Positions 60,952 through 64,000 of a stretch of 64,000 nucleotides of DNA are shown in pieces (position 1 is the first letter of the stretch; each line of letters begins with the position of its first letter). Position numbers and translations under genes: made by a program. The notes beneath the pieces were generated by a model, which worked only from the letters and a program-made list of their open reading frames with translations, did no database searches and had not been told where the DNA came from. Source of the stretch: Candidatus Cloacimonadales bacterium. GTDB lineage: Bacteria; Cloacimonadota; Cloacimonadia; Cloacimonadales; JAFGVF01. The stretch is from contig CAXXOU010000004.1 of assembly GCA_963677495.2 (NCBI GenBank), positions 448,001-512,000 on the forward strand, read 5' to 3'.

Positions 60952-61370
60952 GGTTGTAATAGAGTAGACGTTAATGAAAAGTATGGCAATTTGGAGAATA
61001 GCACGATTTCAAGAACTAAGAGTATGAGTTTGACACATAATAGTTCAAGTCAACTACCAACCAAACAAATCACTTGACACACTTGCTACAATCGCATAAA
61101 TAGAATGAATTGATGGGGTGTATGATACACCAAAATTAGTTGAAGAGAAGCGATTCTTTTGAAGCAACATAAAAGTTAATAGAGGGTATTCTCTTCATCT
61201 AATCTAACGATGAATGTAAAATGTAATCAAGCGATGAGTTTTTCTTAAAAATGTTAATAATAACGAGATTAGGCTAAGAAATGGATTTTTATAGATTTAA
61301 TCTAGCTTACTTTTACAAAGACTCATACATTTATCACTACAAAACATTGATATACAGACTGTGAGGTATA

Positions 61371-62513
61371 ATGAAGCATCATGAATATAATCAGAACTTT
61401 AAGTTCTTTGTAGAGCCTGTAGAATTTGATAAGAACACAGATAGAGAGTTGTTACAGTATTGTGTAGGAGCTACGCTTTATATGCCGGGGACAAAAGAAA
61501 TATTACACAAAATCATCAACAACAAATTAGATGGATTAACTTCCATGGTTATGTGTTTCGAAGATGCAATACAAGAATCTGACTTACCTTCAGCTGAATG
61601 CAATGTTTTGTATCATTTAGAAGAGTTAGTAAAAGCCATTAATAATGGAGATACAACAATTGATAGGATCCCATTAATCTTTGTACGTGTTAGAAATCCT
61701 CTTCAATTTAAAGAGTTTACAAAGAGATTGTCATCTACTCAAGCAAAGATTCTTTCTGGTTTTGTATTTCCCAAATTCTATAGTAGCAATGCAAAAGAGT
61801 ATTTAGAGCATCTTAAAGATGTTAATGAGAAGTTTCAAACAGTTTTATATGGCATGCCAATTTTTGAAGGAAAAACTCTTGCTTTGAAAGAAACTCGTAT
61901 TGGAGAGTTAATCACTATCTCTAATACCTTGCGTCCTTACAAAGATTTGATACTCAACATAAGGGTTGGAGGAACAGACTTTTCATCAATATTTGGAGTT
62001 AGACGAGGTATCAACTACTCTATTCATGACATTCATACAGTTCGGGATTGTTTGTCTGATATATTGAATGTGTTCACAAGAGATGACAACAATTATGTGG
62101 TCTCAGGTCCGGTTTGGGAATATTTCTTAGCTCATAAGAAAGAGGATTTAAAAGAGCTACTTGAAGAGGACATCCATCGCTCCTTAATGAAGAGGAATAC
62201 TATTCTTAATGAGGCAATTGACGGCTTATTACGAGAAGTCATTTTAGATAAAGCCAATGGGTTTGTTGGTAAAACTATTATTCATCCATCACATCTAAAG
62301 TTTGTTAATGCAATGCAAACAGTTACTAAAGAAGAGTATGAGGATGCAACCCAGATTCTTGGAACAAAGGGTGGCGTAATTAAGAGTAAAAAAGCAAACA
62401 AGATGAATGAGATAAATCCGCATAGGAATTGGGCGAAGAAGATTGTTAATCGTGCGAAGGCTTATGGAGTTATTGAGAGCGAAACAGAATATCTTAAACT
62501 CTGTTTATATTAA
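61371..62513 (+). CDS. HpcH/HpaI citrate-lyase-like TIM-barrel C-C bond lyase (Ter-operon-associated subtype)
   Basis: GATLYMP, CFEDAI, NIRVGGTD, SGPVWEYF and LD.ANG..GKTIIHPSH. Confidence 0.85.
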   Translation: MKHHEYNQNFKFFVEPVEFDKNTDRELLQYCVGATLYMPGTKEILHKIINNKLDGLTSMVMCFEDAIQESDLPSAECNVLYHLEELVKAINNGDTTIDRIPLIFVRVRNPLQFKEFTKRLSSTQAKILSGFVFPKFYSSNAKEYLEHLKDVNEKFQTVLYGMPIFEGKTLALKETRIGELITISNTLRPYKDLILNIRVGGTDFSSIFGVRRGINYSIHDIHTVRDCLSDILNVFTRDDNNYVVSGPVWEYFLAHKKEDLKELLEEDIHRSLMKRNTILNEAIDGLLREVILDKANGFVGKTIIHPSHLKFVNAMQTVTKEEYEDATQILGTKGGVIKSKKANKMNEINPHRNWAKKIVNRAKAYGVIESETEYLKLCLY

Positions 62514-62526
62514 AAGAAGGCAGTAA

Positions 62527-63882
62527 TTGTTGAAGGAAAATTTAACGAACAGGTTTATTGATAACCTTTTTCGACTGAAGAAAGAACATATACCGGAAGA
62601 AGTATACACACAAGCTAAGATTTGCTTGATTAGCCATATAGGTTCTGTGTATGCAGGAAAGAGAATACTTGGAAGTAAGATTGATAGGCTTGTTGAAGAC
62701 TTAGATATCGATGCAGGAATGAGCACTATTATTGGTTATAATAAGAAGAACAGTATTCACAATACAGTTCTTCTAAACAGTTTGATGTGTCATGCTTCCG
62801 AGATTGATGATGGTGAACGTTTCGGAATGGTACATCCTGGAGCTACAGTGATCCCGGCAGTTTTAGCAAAAGCAGAGAGTGAGAACTTGAACGGAGTTGA
62901 TATACTCTTTGGGATAATTGTTGGATATGAAGCAGTAATAAGTCTTGCACATATTATGCAACCAGCTCTTAAGCTAAATGGTTATCATGCAACCGGGATT
63001 TGCGGTTCTATTGGTGCTGCAATGGGTGTAGCTTTTAGTCTTGGACTTTCAAATGAAAAGGTGAAAGCTACACTTTCCGCTGCAGGGACTGCATCATCCG
63101 GTTTGTTAGAGACTATTATGGATGGTTCAGATTTAAAACCTTTCAATGCTGCAAACGCTTCTCTTGCTGGATTAATGTCTGTGAATATGGGATTGGCAGG
63201 ATTTGAAGGTCCGAATGATGTTCTTGGAGGAGAAAGAGGATTAGTGAAAAACATCTGTGGAAATAGACATAATGATCTGTTACCTATATCAGAGCAGAAC
63301 TCTTTCAAGATAAACGAAATCTATTTGAAACCTTATGCTGCTTGTCGACATAGTCATTCAGCAATAGATTCTACCCTAAAGATTCTTAGTGACCATGATT
63401 TTGCTTTAAGCGATATAGAGACTATTACTGTTGAGACCTATGATTTAGCAGTTAGAGGTCATGAACATAAATCAATCCCAAACATTAATTCTGCAAAAAT
63501 GAGTATACCATTTAGTATCGCAGTAGCTTTGATTTATGGAAAAGCCGGAGTGCTGGAATTTAGTAAAGAGACCTTAGAGAATAGGGAAATTTATTCTTTA
63601 ATGGATAAAATGACAATAAAAGCAGATGCTGAGTTATCCTCCAGAGTTCCTAAAGAGAGAGGAGCAAGAGTTTTAATTAAGCTTTCTAACAAGGAATCGT
63701 TTAATGCTGAGGTTGTATTACCCAAAGGTGAACCTGAGACACAAATAACATCAGCAGAAATTAATGATTTATTTATTGACCTTTTGATATATGGTGGGAA
63801 AACACTCTCTGAAGCCAAAACGCTTTTGAACTGCATTTGGGATATAGAAAATAGATTCCAAGATTTAATGCATAACCTATAG
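62527..63882 (+). CDS. MmgE/PrpD family protein
   Basis: H..E.DDG....HPG, GYE, H.TG.CG, KPYAACRH.H, AKMS.P and PKGEPE. Confidence 0.9.
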   Translation: MLKENLTNRFIDNLFRLKKEHIPEEVYTQAKICLISHIGSVYAGKRILGSKIDRLVEDLDIDAGMSTIIGYNKKNSIHNTVLLNSLMCHASEIDDGERFGMVHPGATVIPAVLAKAESENLNGVDILFGIIVGYEAVISLAHIMQPALKLNGYHATGICGSIGAAMGVAFSLGLSNEKVKATLSAAGTASSGLLETIMDGSDLKPFNAANASLAGLMSVNMGLAGFEGPNDVLGGERGLVKNICGNRHNDLLPISEQNSFKINEIYLKPYAACRHSHSAIDSTLKILSDHDFALSDIETITVETYDLAVRGHEHKSIPNINSAKMSIPFSIAVALIYGKAGVLEFSKETLENREIYSLMDKMTIKADAELSSRVPKERGARVLIKLSNKESFNAEVVLPKGEPETQITSAEINDLFIDLLIYGGKTLSEAKTLLNCIWDIENRFQDLMHNL

Positions 63883-63914
63883 AAATAGATAACTTTAATA
63901 GAAATGGAGGTTAA

Positions 63915-64000
63915 ATGAAACAGACTAGAGATTTCTTAAAGAAAATAGGGCTACCGACCGGTGATTTGTTTAGTATACCAACTTCCGAGAAGAGATTCGA
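63915..64000 (+). CDS. Partial CDS (runs off the right edge), function uncertain
   Basis: GGAGG SD; MKQTRDFLKKIGLPTGDLFSIPTSEKRF... Confidence 0.7.
   Translation, partial: MKQTRDFLKKIGLPTGDLFSIPTSEKRF

Noticed and set aside
364..63836. Numerous 60-146-aa ORFs overlapping well-supported genes
   Set aside because: These are antisense or out-of-frame shadows with no motifs.

Overview
AT-rich chromosomal window from an anaerobic bacterium, most likely Candidatus Cloacimonadota. This is an inference from the secreted proteins ending in a YPNPF/FlgD-type sorting domain, archaeal-type GatDE and a bifurcating [FeFe]-hydrogenase. Housekeeping and metabolic genes include amrA/amrB, folC, a GH29 fucosidase, arcA, an RNase II-family gene, gatE-gatD, lysC, metG, xth, nth, relA/spoT and rfbB. 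There are two redox operons: rex-hydC-hydB-hydA-hfsA-adh-hfsB-hfsC, and rrf2-cupin-SBP-GTPase-ATPase-small Cys protein-hcp; each has visible candidate operators. An operon of C-C lyase, PrpD and an unknown gene starts at the right edge. The intergenic DNA is the most unusual part. About 10 dispersed hairpins are built from tandem 11-bp units whose core sequence differs from locus to locus. Two of them lie upstream of members of an unannotated ~150-aa gene family: one intact, and one 5'-truncated exactly at the hairpin edge and missed by the ORF track. There is also a tandem pair of four-helix-bundle genes bracketed by inverted heptamer (TAGCCTA) arrays, a third degraded copy, and several REP-like families. 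Several frameshifts in homopolymer runs look like sequencing errors. No rRNA, tRNA, CRISPR array or transposase was seen.
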